NCBI GenBank assembly: GCA_001244265.2
Contig: CDLV01000009.1
Location: 620,001-684,000 of the forward strand
Origin: Microbotryum violaceum
Lineage: Eukaryota
DNA length: 64,000 bases
Direction of reading: 5' to 3'
The notes below the pieces were generated by a model. It worked only from the letters and a program-made list of their open reading frames with translations, was not told where the DNA came from and did not search any database. Below, piece by piece: positions 39,301 through 51,424 of the stretch. The translations under genes and the position numbers were made by a program. The number at the start of each line of letters is the position of its first letter. The first letter of the stretch is position 1.

Positions 39301-41226
39301 GCCCCAATCCGAGTCCAAGGAAGGACAACCTCCCGTCATGTTCAACTCGACTACGTCCGACTTTGTCACGTTCAAACCGGAGAAGTCACTTAAGTTCACC
39401 TGCATGACGATCGGGAGTCGAGGCGACGTTCAGCCTTACATCGCTTTGTGCAAAGGTCTCAAGGCCGAAGGCCATAAGGTCAAGATTGCGACCCATGGCG
39501 AGTTCAAAAAATGGGTCGAAGGGCACGGCATCGAGCACGAGGAGATTGGTGGTGATCCCGCCGAGTTGATGCAGCTCATGATTGCGCACGATTTTTTCAC
39601 AATCGCTTTCATGAAGGAAGCGGTCGGAAAATTCCGAGGTTGGCTCGACGACCTGCTCGAGACGGCTTGGAAAGCTTGCCAAGGAGCCGATGTCCTGATC
39701 GAGTCGCCGAGCACTTTCGCGGGTTATCATGTAGCAGAGGCTCTGCGCATTCCTTACTATCGGTGCGTCTTCGAATATGCTTGATTCGTGTTGATGCATC
39801 CGAGTGACTGACCTTTCGGGCCCCTTCGGCGTACAGAGCATTCACGATGCCGTGGTCAAGGACACGAGCCTATCCTCACGCCTTTGCGGTGCCCGACCGC
39901 AAGATGGGTGGCAGTTACAACTACATGGTAAGCGGTTTATCTTGTTGGTTTATTATAACTGGCTTCAGACTGACATAGGTTGCATCTGCATACCTTGCAT
40001 ACACATTTCAGACCTACACAATGTTTGACCAAATTTTCTGGAGAGCCACGGCGTCGCAGATTAACCGCTGGCGACGGAAGACGCTCAAGCTCGGTCCAAC
40101 CAGCCTCGAAGCGATGCAACAACACAAAATCCCCTTCTTGTATAACAACAGTCCCGTCATTATGCCGCCTCCCCTCGATTGGCGTGAGAACATTCACGTG
40201 ACAGGCTATTGGATCCTCGACAATCCTGACGATTCAAGCTCCTCGCGCTGGGAACCGCCCCAAGACCTGCTGAACTTTATGAATGAGGCCAAGGAGAAGA
40301 ACAAGAAGGTTGTGTTCGTCGGCTTCGGTTCGATCATCATCCCCGATCCGGAAGGGATGACGCGCACGATTACAGCCGCGGTCGAGAAGGCTGGGGTGTA
40401 CGGGATCGTCGCCAAAGGATGGTCCGAGCGTGCGGCGAGCAAACACGATAGCGAGGAGGAGAAGCAGCGGCTCAAGGAGCAGGAGAAGAAGCAGGCCGAG
40501 GTCCTTAAGAAGCCTTTCATCTACAACATCAAGTCGATTCCGCACGACTGGCTGTTTCCCAAGATCCACGCGGCCGTGCACCACGGTGGTGCGGGCACGA
40601 CAGGAGCGTCCCTCCGCGCTGGGTTGCCCACGATCATCAAGCCCTGGTTCGGAGACCAGCACTTTTACGCCGATCGTGTTCAGACCTTGGGCGTGGGAAC
40701 GGCGGTCCGACACCTCACGGTCGAAACCCTCGCCAGTGCGATTCACAAGGCCGTCACCGACGAAAAGCAGATCGACCGGGCCAAGTTGGCGGGCCAGCAG
40801 ATCCGCAAGGAGGACGGTGTCGGAACCGCCATCGAGTGCATCTACCGCGATCTCGAGTACGCCAAATCTCTTATCCCACCTCCTCCCCACGTGTTGAAGC
40901 GCAAGTCGACCGACTCTGCGGGTCACCAAGATGTCATAGCGAAACAGGCCGACCAGACGGCCAAGTCGTCGCCGATCAACCCTTCCTCGAGCGATGAAGC
41001 CAGCTGGGATGTCGTTTCGGGTGGAGGATCCGGTTCCGCCAGCGGTCGTGGTGAGCGATGGGACGATGACGAGATGAGCGAACTTGGGTCGACGCCGACC
41101 AAGTCGCGTGGAGCCAGCGAGACGAGGCATCCGTCGGATCAAGGTTCGGTCCCGGCGCCGATCGCTCTTACGACCAAGGTGTTGGAATCCTTGGGCGTCA
41201 CGAGTGGTGGATCGAGTCCAAAGTAG
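36390..41226 (+). CDS. ATG26: Sterol 3-beta-glucosyltransferase (GRAM-PH-GRAM-glycosyltransferase)
   Basis: '[18 protein letters not shown]' (GRAM), a PH domain, '[18 protein letters not shown]', '[28 protein letters not shown]'. Confidence 0.96.
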
Positions 41227-41800
41227 AACTATCTATCCCCAGGTTGTGCTCGCCCCTGTACATACCTATCGACCGCTCTTTTTGCCTCTTTGTCAGGCTA
41301 GAGGCTGTCGCCGGCACGGGCCGGACCCTAATATCATTGTTTATGCGTTACTTTTGTTTTATCTCTCTCTCTAATTCTGCTTACTTTTTGTATTTCTACA
41401 TTGTACTCCTTCAATTCTGCCATTGCTTCCCGTTTGAGAGTGCGAAGTTGGGTCAAGGTCTGCCAAGTGACGGTTTCCTAACAAGCAATCGCTCCTCTCG
41501 GACGGAACCTACGAATCACTCTGGTCCGGGCTCTGGTCGATGCCGAGCTGGCTCGCTTATCCGGAGTTTCAATCCACCCGGCTTACATTGGGCAGTTGTC
41601 TTCTGTCCTTCTTTCACGGTCAAGAACACTCTTTCCTCTCGATCCATCGGGGTGAATGGAAGGTACGAGAAGACCCCACCACTTCTCCACGCCCCACACA
41701 AGTCACGAACAACACAAAAGCAAAGATAAAATAACCCAAAAACCACATTCACGAACACAATACAGCAAAAAAACCAAAAACCCACTCAAACGACTAGCGC

Positions 41801-44010
41801 TCAATCAACCAAAGCATGATACTTGTCCCAATGTTCACAAGCCTTGGCCAAGATTCCACTCGGTGAAGCCTTTGACCCCGCCCATTCGCCCATCCTTCTC
41901 GTCTTCCCAGGGGCCAGCTCCTTGCCTTCGCATTGACGGCAGACCCATTTACCCTTCTTCGGGGTAGGGGTCGATGTCGTCGAAGGGTCGGGGATAAAGC
42001 GGATGATGTCCTCGAATGTTGGTCGATCGGTCGAGCTGGACGTCGTTGAGGGGCGAGCATAAGGATTCGCTACGGTGGAGGTTGTTTTTGTTGTCGTTGT
42101 TGAGGCGGGTCGTACAGGACCTATGCTGGATGTTGTAGTGCTTGCAGATGTTGATTGAAATAAAGACACGGCTTGGCGTTTGACGAGCTCTTCTAAGAGT
42201 TGCGTTTCGGTAAAGGAGGACAAGATGAGTAATGCTGGGGGTGAAAGGTCGGGGGAATGGGATGAAAGCGTAGTGGATGTTGTGGACGGTGAAGGGTCGG
42301 AGAAGGGCGACAAGGTGAAGGTGGTGGATGTATCGCTGAGAGAGAGACTGGGTTCGAGTTCTGGCAGCACGACTTGGACATAGCTGGTAATGGTCGTGCA
42401 AACGATGTGTCAACCCATACACTCTTCGCAGCCGAGGATAGGCTCCGTTCCGCTTACTTTGAAGGAATTGAGAGACTTGGTCCGACGGCTCCTGTGAGTG
42501 TCAGTCCGATGAGCTCGTGTCGTCGAAACTACGTCGTTAAAAATCTGTGACGAACCGGATCGGCCTTTCCACCATCCGCTCTCCTACATGAACAAACACG
42601 ACCAGAGCGACCAGGTATTAGCACATCGCCTTGAGAGAAGTCGAGCTAAAGAGCCATTTACCTCCACGGCCGTCACTTGCAGCACATCCCCCGCCCCAAA
42701 GCTCAGATCCCCCACCACCCCGCTCGAATACTCGTATAAAGCCTTGACTGAAGCACCAGCGAACGCCCAAACACAACCGGAACGATCGAGTGCGTGTACA
42801 TTGAAGAGTATGAAGACATACGACTCAGCTCGTGAAGGCACGACGTCGGAGCAATGCATAAGGGGGCTTATGACCGACCGCTGAACAAGGCTTGTTCTCT
42901 CGACTGCTGCTGCTGCTGTTCGAGCGCCGGCCCACTTGCGGGCAGCGGAGGTGAGAGCTGGGGTAGCGCGGCGGATGACGTTTTGACTGATGCGGTTGAG
43001 ATGCCGTAATCCAACAAAGATGTAGGGGCAGGTGCCGGCGTTTCATAAGCGCTCGGTGCAGCGCCTCCGACGGCGCCAAAGACAGCAGGACTCGGTATCG
43101 CTGGTGACACTGCCGCAGGGGGCAGTGAAATCGATGCTCCACTGCCAGGGTATACCCGCCGACTTGCACGCATCCTCGAAGCCGTGTTGCGAGCTGCAGC
43201 TGCGGTCCGAGGCGCCACTCCATCCAATTCGGGGGCGTCGTTCCATCCTTGGTCTGGCCCGATGACGGCGTACGACCTCGCTCCTCCGGGTGGCTGCGGT
43301 GCCAAGGGTGAGGATCCTGTTGCCGAAGATGCTGCTCGTAGCGGTGGTGGTGCTCCAGCTCCCAATCCGGGTGCAGGTGAGCGCAGAAGGGCCGGGTTCG
43401 ACGAAGCTGGGGGAGGGGGTGGCACCGAGTATAATTTTGCAGCCGACATCGGTGGAGGTGGAGGCAGTTTCGCGATTGGCTTCCTCGCCGTCACCATCGG
43501 AGGTGGCGGCGGTGAGATCTGTTTGGGTGCACTTGCATCTCGGTCGACCGAGAGCGAGCGTGCTTCTGTCGAATCTGTCGACGTCAATGCTATGGTGGAC
43601 GAAGGGCTTGCGGGCGGAGGGAACGGCGAGTTAAGTCCTGATTCATTCTTAAGTGGTGTCGCGGGCGGATCGACCGAGGCCGGCAAAGGAGGAAGAGGTC
43701 GAACGGTAGCCCCAGAAAGTTGTAAGGGTTGGCTTGGCTCTTGAGCAGTCTGCAGTAGGAGAGTATGATAACAGTGGAACGTCAGGGCGACGGCCACATC
43801 GGCAGGGCTCGCTTAGCTGGTGGGGACAGTGTGCGATGGGCTTACCTCCTCGACAGTTGTTTTAGATGAAGCATGTTGTTGGATCGATAAATCGAACAAC
43901 TTGCCACTCAAGGCCGAGGCATCCTGTTGAATCCTCGGGCTGGTTTCGTTCAACGTTGATCGACGAGTCGCGTCGTCGCCTTGGGCCGGAGCTTCAAAAT
44001 CTGCCGACAT
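41801..44010 (-). CDS. Proline-rich protein with an SH3 domain and a C-terminal Cys/His motif, multi-exon
   Basis: SH3 assembled from small exons: 'VKALYEYSSGVVGDLSFGAGDVLQVTAVE/ESGWWKGRS/GAVG...IPS/NYVQV'; poly-Pro N-terminal half. Confidence 0.75.
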
Positions 44011-44360
44011 GGTCTGAAAGGCTGAAGTTTGTGTTGGCAACAGATCCCTTGACGAAGAGAGAACAGAGTAGAGCGCGGTATGGACGATCGCGACAGAGGG
44101 ACTGGAGCCAAGGATGAGACAAAACGCCTCCGCATTGGGAAACCACGTCACCAGCCCTCGCCTGAAGTCGCCTGACGCGCAAGTGGGCAGCGCAAATGGG
44201 CATTAGTACCGTGTGTGGTTTCAAGGCCGTGACCGGCTGTGACCGGCCAACTAGCGGCCAACTAGCGGCCAATAAGCGCCATGTTAGGCCACGCTTGAAT
44301 AACGCGACACGCCTCGGTTCGGCTCTCGTTTCATCGCCAGATCTCGTCGTGTCGAGCAGA

Positions 44361-45130
44361 ATGTACGGAGCGGAAAGGTGAGTGTGCTCGGAAGTCAGAG
44401 GTCTCGGCTCACATGCCGCGTACTGCAAGCTGACCGCCGATCATATCTCACCACGTCATCCGACAGACAAGGTCTCTCGCACCGAGAGAACCGAGCCGCG
44501 TTGCTCGCGTCGTCGAACCCGTCCTCGCGGTCGCACTCGCCATTGCCGACACACTACCCCAAGCATCTCCAAGGGCCATACGCGAATGCGAGTCGCACGG
44601 CCGATGACCTCGAGTCGCAGAACGAGGACAACCTCCAGGGATTGAGCGCAAAGGTCAAATTGCTCAAGGACGTACGTTCCCCCTCTCCACACCCGAATCC
44701 TCATGGGGTTGTCTGTAGCACCCTGGCTCACCCTCATGCGACCCTTCCGACCGCAGATCACGATCAACATTGGAAACGAAGTGAGGGACTCGACAAAACT
44801 ACTTTCCAACATGGCAAGTCGCGGCAATGTAACCCCCCCTGGCTAGGCCAAAGTTCTCACCGCGCTGACGTGCTAACACCCCACTCCTCACCACCCCAGA
44901 ACGATCAATACGCAGAAACAGGTGGTTTCCTGAGTGGAACCATGGGCAAAATGGGCAGGATGGCAAAACGACAGGGCGGTCAATGGTGTCTCTGTGCGTG
45001 ATGATGAAACGACTTCAATCCCTCGGTGGTCTCAATCCGTCACTGACTTTTTTTCGTTTTCGCCACAGGGATGATGTTCCTCTTGTTGATCGGTACCATC
45101 TTCTTCTGGACATGGTTATTGCGAAGGTGA
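44361..45130 (+). CDS. BET1: ER-Golgi Qc-SNARE, Bet1-like
   Basis: 'DDLESQNEDNLQGLSAKVKLLKD/ITINIGNEVRDS' SNARE motif and C-terminal TM 'WMMFLLLIGTIFFWTWLLRR*'. Confidence 0.88.
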
Positions 45131-45986
45131 AAATGTGTGTCCAGTACAGCTGTTCCGATGCGGTCACATCCTGAACATCCCTCCTTCCCCTGCAAATCCG
45201 ATCAGATGAACCCGCCGCACCTCAGAACGTCGAATGTCACCGCACGTTTGCCTCGCATCGTAATCTCTTTCGTTTGGTTCGTTTCTTTCGTTCTTCCACT
45301 TGGGTTTGCTTTTATAGCTTTGTGTATCAAATGTCGTTTTCCTCGCAATTCAAAATCTCCTTCAGCATTGATCGGTGACCGAAACTCGATCGAGGCAGTT
45401 TCATCGGTCAGGCGCTGGGCCGCGGGGCCCTGTCGAGCCGCGACACCGCTGCCAAACTCGCCGCGCACCCCCAGGCGCTATAGCCTATTGTCGCTCGTCG
45501 AGCGTCTCGTGTCGGCCAAGTTATACGACGAGCAGTCTCCGACCGAACGACGTTTGTGCCGAGCTTCATCGATGAATTTGATTAGTGATATAACAAATGA
45601 CTTTGGTTTGCGCTTGGGGACGAAAACCCCCAAGTCGATACGGCCCCGCGAAGAAACCGGCGGGGCAGCGCAAGCAAGGGGAGGCAAACCGGGAGGCGGC
45701 CGGGAAAGCAAAAAAATCTGAAGTTTCGAACGAGCAACAGCCGATGTTGCGAGCAAAAATAGTCACTTCTAGCAAGAGGGAGTGATTCACACCGCACTCG
45801 CCTTTCGACTCACTCGGGGCGCCCATTGGTCGCCTCTTGGCAATTTGGCAACCGGCCATTTCCGCCACGCCAGCTAGGAGCGTTCGCTTCTTCGCCCCTT
45901 TCCTCTCGCTCCCTCATGCAAGTCGCCACGCCGCCTCGTTCGCACCCCTGGGGGAGGTGAACAGCATTCTTAAATCACTTTCATCA

Positions 45987-46313
45987 ATGTCGTCCCGCAA
46001 CTCCGAGACCATCGACTGGCGTGGTTGTGCTGAGCAAGCCGAGGGAGCCTTGGAACTACAACAACTCGAGGCCGAGCGCGATCTTGCCTGCGCGCAGCGT
46101 GATCTGCTTCAAGCACGAGTTGCTGCGCTCGAGATCGCAAACGAGGACATGAGAGGAAGGATTAAGGATCTCGAACACCGCGATGGCGTCAAGGTAGAAG
46201 ATGGCATGCAGTACCAGCTCGTCCCCAAGGTTGATCCTGTGTCGGCCGGAGCTAGCACGGGCCGCTTTAGACCTTCCGCTGCGAGGCCCAGGCTGTGCTA
46301 CGATGGAGTCTAA
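45987..46313 (+). CDS. Possible short coiled-coil ORF or gene relic
   Basis: Heptad-like 'LQQLEAERDLACAQRDLLQARVAALEIANEDMRGRIKDLE'; no family recognised. Confidence 0.3.
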   Translation: MSSRNSETIDWRGCAEQAEGALELQQLEAERDLACAQRDLLQARVAALEIANEDMRGRIKDLEHRDGVKVEDGMQYQLVPKVDPVSAGASTGRFRPSAARPRLCYDGV

Positions 46314-46701
46314 CCTCGCAAAGCCCTCGCAAAGCCCCTTGGAACACTCACTGAATCGTTTTTTAAACCTCGTCGAAAAACCGATTTAAACTGCAGATAT
46401 CAAGTCATCAATGTCGGAAGCTAGTCGTCACAAGCGTGTGCTCAACACAACGCAGCCTTCAAACAACGAGCACCTCACCACCTCTACCTCAAGCTCCAAA
46501 ACGAGCTGCAAGGGTATGGACGACAGGAAGCAATCGAGGAGCACCTACACTTGATGAAACTGGAAGACGGCATGGACGATCCCGAGGTCAACGTCAAGAC
46601 AACGGCGCTGCGTGCGTGAAGTCAAGATCGAGGGGGCCCACGTGGCCATCGCCAAGATTGAGCAGCGCAGCAACAGAGCGGTCAAAGCTCGCATGGCCCA
46701 C

Positions 46702-47280
46702 CGTGACTACTACCGTCGCCGAAGTCGCAGCCTCTAGCATCTTCGAGCCCGGCGTTGGGTTTGGCTCGCAGCACAACGTCAAGGTTCAGCTCAATTCGCT
46801 GTCGATGTCATCAAATTGAGTACTCCGCTCTGCTGATGTGGCCTGCTACTTTGCTCGTCGTCAAGCAACTTCTCGCCACCAAAATGGCGAATGTGGCGAA
46901 AGTTCCTCCACCCGCGCCACCAAACGTTGCAAAAGCTTGAAGCACAACGTCGCTGCGAGTCATTATGCGAGTCTTGGTGCCATCAACTACGACCTCGAAG
47001 CTTTTGGTGCTCGCAGAATCACTCGCAGTGACGTTGTCGTTCAAGCCTTTGCGACGTTTGGTGGCGCGGGTGGAGGAACTTTTCGCCACATTCGCCATTT
47101 TGGTGGCGAGAAGTTGCTTGACGACGAGTAAAGTAGCAGGCCACATCAGCAGAGCGGAGTACTCAATTTGATGACATTGACAGCGAATTGAGCTGAACCC
47201 TGACGTTGTGCTGCGAGCCAAACCCAGCGCCGGGCTCGAAGATGCTAGAGGCTGCGACTTCGGCGACGGTAGTAGTCACG
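46702..47280. repeat. Long fold-back inverted repeat (270/271-bp arms, 38-nt spacer)
   Basis: 46702-46971 is the reverse complement of 47010-47280, with about 12 differences by manual count. Confidence 0.97.
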
Positions 47281-48652
47281 ACGAGGAGCGCCGCGATGCC
47301 TCCACCTTCGGGGTTGGCTTCGTTGCCCGAGGGCTGAGGCGGTCAGGGTTATGAATCACTCGCAGCGAAGTTGTCCTTCAAGCCTTTAGCTGCTCGCACG
47401 ACGAAGGATGCCGGCGCCTCGAGGGTGCATGCATCGGCAGTCACGTTTGCTCGGATAACGAGATGGGAAACACGCAAGGCACTGTCAACTGCAAGACGGC
47501 TAGATATGTGCGTGTGAGTACCACTAATTCAACACATCACATCTGATATCAGCGGAGAGCTTCTTGACAACGGTTCTGGGATCCACAGATGTCGATGGAG
47601 GCCGACAATTCACAGCGCGCTGGCGAAGTTGTGTCTTGTGTCGAGCTAGGTGAATCGACGCTGGTGGAGAAGCGATTGCTTGCGGTGGTCGATGTCTCCC
47701 AGTTGCCATTCACATCCGGGGGTTGTACGAGAGATTCGATGTTGATGAGCTTCGCACCCCGACACATATGCGATATCTGTGTTTCCACATTCAACAGTGA
47801 CCCCTCTGCGCCGAGTCGACGCCTGGCACTGACACGAGGCAGTGCAATGGGCTCTCTCCATTCGGTCGGCCGGGAGATACAGGGGTGCTGTTTTTCCAAT
47901 TGCTCATTAGCTTCAATCCTTCAGAAACCTTGTCTCCAAGACCGCCACATCTTTGAATCTGGAGATGTTGCACATATAGAGCACCACTTGAGACTATAGC
48001 ACGAGTTGTTTGCTGCACTAGGTAAGGTCTTAGTAAGGTCCCAAAGCCATGCTGTCCTCGCTTAGCCTTCGAGCTAACTGAGAATTGCAGGGCGTAATGG
48101 AGCATTCCCTAGTTGGCGACCTCGTGCAGTTGCAACCGCAGTGGCGACCTCGAGCGACCGCGGGCACCGACCCGCCTGACCGCGGTCGACTTCGGCGCCA
48201 TCGTCGCTGCGGTCGCGCGAACTTCCCGTACGGCGCGCTGGGCGCCCACGGCTGATCAGTGCCCTGTTGGTAAGGAAAGGCTCAAATACCAAGAGTACCC
48301 AATCGAGGTCCTGTTAGAAGCGAGACGAGGAAAAGTGTGTCATGTTCTTTGCTCGTCATTCTAAACGAAGAGGAATATAGTGTCAATGATGCGGTGATTA
48401 AGTTTGTCGTGGCAGAGGGAAGTAAAACAAGAGCGACACGTCACTGCGACCAATTCAGGGAAACACAAGATGCAATAAGAAAGACATGGACGGTAAGTCG
48501 GGCAAGGCGCGTGTATGGCGCGTGTAGTGGAACAAGATGGGTGTCTCCCGGAAAAGCCAGCACGTCGGAAACGGAGTCAAGACCGGCAGAGGCAGGAGGG
48601 CGTCCGTGGTGATTGGCGTCTATGTCACCAAACGCCCTTCTTCAAACAGCTT

Positions 48653-51424
48653 CTATGAGGTGAAGGAGACGAAGGTGCTGGGCCGCCCGAGCCCAATCGA
48701 GACTGAGGGAACGCCGTGCGCATTGCGCGGTTGAACCGGCGACGGCGTCGAGGGGAGGAAATCCAATGTGAGCGCGTCGAGCGATCCAGCACCGATCGAC
48801 TGCCCCCCGACATGCGTTGGTCGGGTCGGCGTGAGATTGACAAGACTGTTGGTGCGTTGGTAACCCGGGCGTGGTGGAGTACCCTGCCCCATTGTCGGTA
48901 GGGTCGGGTTGGGCACTGGCACAGGTGTGATCTTGAACGCCATGCCGGACGAAGCCGCAGGTGGTGGCGGGCCTCGGTTTGAGTTATGTGGCGCCATTAA
49001 GCCTGCAATGTTTCCCGGCATCGAGCTTCTTCGCGGCGATGTGTCGACGCTCAATTCGCTGCCATTGGTGAATCCGGAAGTCGGCAGAGTCGGCCGTCGC
49101 GGGGTTGGACTGGAGTGACCCATGCCGGTAGATTGTGTTATCGGCGCCACCCCTGTCGATCCTACGGCCGCCATACTGAAACCGAACCCTTCATCTGTCG
49201 TGTGTCGACGAGGTCCTAGCCGTCCAGGGCCGGATGCAAGCGTCGCGTTGCTGCTGGGTGGTCCCGCGTTGCGTGAAAGCTTTGGTGGCGATCGTGCAGC
49301 GGACGCCGTGGTGAAGGGGTTGACGTTGAAATTCGGCCCGAGCAACGATGACGCGAGGGGCGAGTTTTGCGGCGAGCCTGGGGCCGAGCGAGAGTACAGA
49401 TTCCGTTCACGATCGCCCACCATGGCAGCGGGTCCGCTGACACTGCGTTGTCCTTGCGAACTTGCGCCCGGTGGCTGAATCCATCCCGTGCCGAGTGACG
49501 CCATGACCGGGCTCGCGGATTCGAGCTTAGGGGTCGATCGAGCGTGAGACAGCGGCTTTGTATCGTGCGCAACTTCGCCGAGGGTCGATTTGCGGCCGGT
49601 TTTCACGGCATGGGCGTTTTTTGATCGACGATCCCTCTGTGGTACGAACCCGAGCAAGCACGAGATGAGCGTCTTGAGGAACGTTGTACCGCCGCTCTGC
49701 TCCAATAACACAGGTGACGGGGGTCGAGATTGAACGGGTGAGGCTGGGCTCGATGCATCGCCTTTCGAAGGCAGAACGTTATCGTTCGCAGAAAGTGACA
49801 AGAAGAGGAAGACTGATTCCGCGGTGATGGGGAGCGAACGAGAACAAGCCTGGTCAGCTCTTCGAGCGTGGTGACAAATAGTGCTGAATATGACTTACAA
49901 GGGCAAAGCCAGACGCAGACGCCAAAATAGGTCGCCACATCGAGGAACGTCTCTTTGTGATTGCTGGCATGCGACAGGTGTGCCGAGCTCCATCGGCTGC
50001 CCGTGTTGGCGCCCCGTCCTCCGTGGCGGTAGGGCTGGTATCCAGTTGATCGCGCCCGTTCCGAAAAGTAGTTGAGCGAGATGAAGTGGTTCGCGATGAC
50101 GAGCACACAGGACAAAATAAATGCCGGCGACATGAGCGAGATTCTCGGCCATGATCGCGAGAAGTTTTGTAGACTGCCAAGATGTGGTTTTAAGGCCCTC
50201 GTCAGCTCCACCCCTCCGACAACCCAGAGGGTACCAAAAAATCAAATCAACTCACTAGACGAGGTGGCAGAATATACCCAGAGCAGCAATGTATCTGGAA
50301 ACGCATTAGTGGTAGTCGCCAAAGTTAGCGTCGCATTAAGGTTCCATTTGGACAACGCTCGGTGGATTCCAAGAGTCCAAGAAGAGCGCCAGCTTACAGT
50401 GGCAAAGCGTCAACCAAGTGTATTGTTGCTAGCAAGGCGATAACCAGCTTCTCGAGGTACGTGGAAGAAGACCAAAATTGTCAGCACTCAAGTAAGTCAT
50501 GGTCTAAACTCAGGATAATGCAAAGCCTGTAGCATTTGTGGAAATGGGGCTGCCGCAGACGCGTCTCTTGAGGCCTATTCCGGCTTTGAGCGCGGTCCAC
50601 GTCTTCGAGAAGACTGCGGCCGCCGCCGAGCCGCGGTTGAGGGGCGGCAAGGGCCCACGTGTGATGCCGTCACCAAGCAGGCCGCATCGAAGAGGATGCA
50701 AGTACAGTGGAGAAACGATGAATGTAGGCCTGTGTACTCTGGGTTTGGAGGTCTGGTCACCTGCAGTGGTGCCGGGCAAGTTTTGCCCAGCCAGCTCAGC
50801 TGGGGTCGGCCTTGGCGGTCAGGGACGACGACGTGATGGCCAGAGCGGGCGCCGATCCGTGCCTATCACCCTGAGAACACGCGCGTCGTGCCTGACCGGC
50901 CTGACCGCCTGACACCTGACGCGCCTGACGCGCCCAGCCCCCCCCCCCCCTCCCACCTAGCCGCCCTCAGTAGCTCAGCCGACAGCGCTTTTGCGCATTG
51001 GTGCATTGACGAGCGCCGAGTCGACGACGATTCGTGCGGAGCACGCAAGGCGAGCGCGATCGCACCAGTCGACCACCACAACAGCAAACACTGCGTGGGG
51101 GCCGGCACTCACCCAGACCATACGTTGGCCCATGACCTTGGCTTGAGCTGCATGTTCTTCAATCACTTCGGCGAGATAGAGCAGACCACTCGCTGTGAGA
51201 CACCATAAACGGAGAACATGATCAGCACAACTCATAAACGGAGACCATGATCAGCACAACTCAATTCTGAAATGTGAGAACTGTGAGCTAGCTGCTCCGG
51301 GCCCCGGACGCCGCTTGCGCGCGTGCGTGATCGAGACAAGGTCAAACTCACCGAACGACAGCAGCACGACTAGGAAGGCGCCCGAGCCTGCAACGTAGGA
51401 CAAGAGGTGCAGAGCCGTCGGCAT
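48653..51424 (-). CDS. SVP26: Svp26/Erv26/TEX261-family ER cargo adaptor with a long disordered C-tail
   Basis: 'LLSF/ASGLLYLAEVIEEHAAQAKVMGQRMVW', 'WPRISLMSPAFILSCVLVIANHF', 'YFGVCVWLCP', 'LSLSANDNVLP'. Confidence 0.88.

Noticed and set aside
50460-50530. snR30/U17 m1-m2 or RNase MRP P4-like motifs in the SVP26 intron
   Set aside because: Only partial matches with wrong spacing and no partner strand for P4; not enough to name the RNA.
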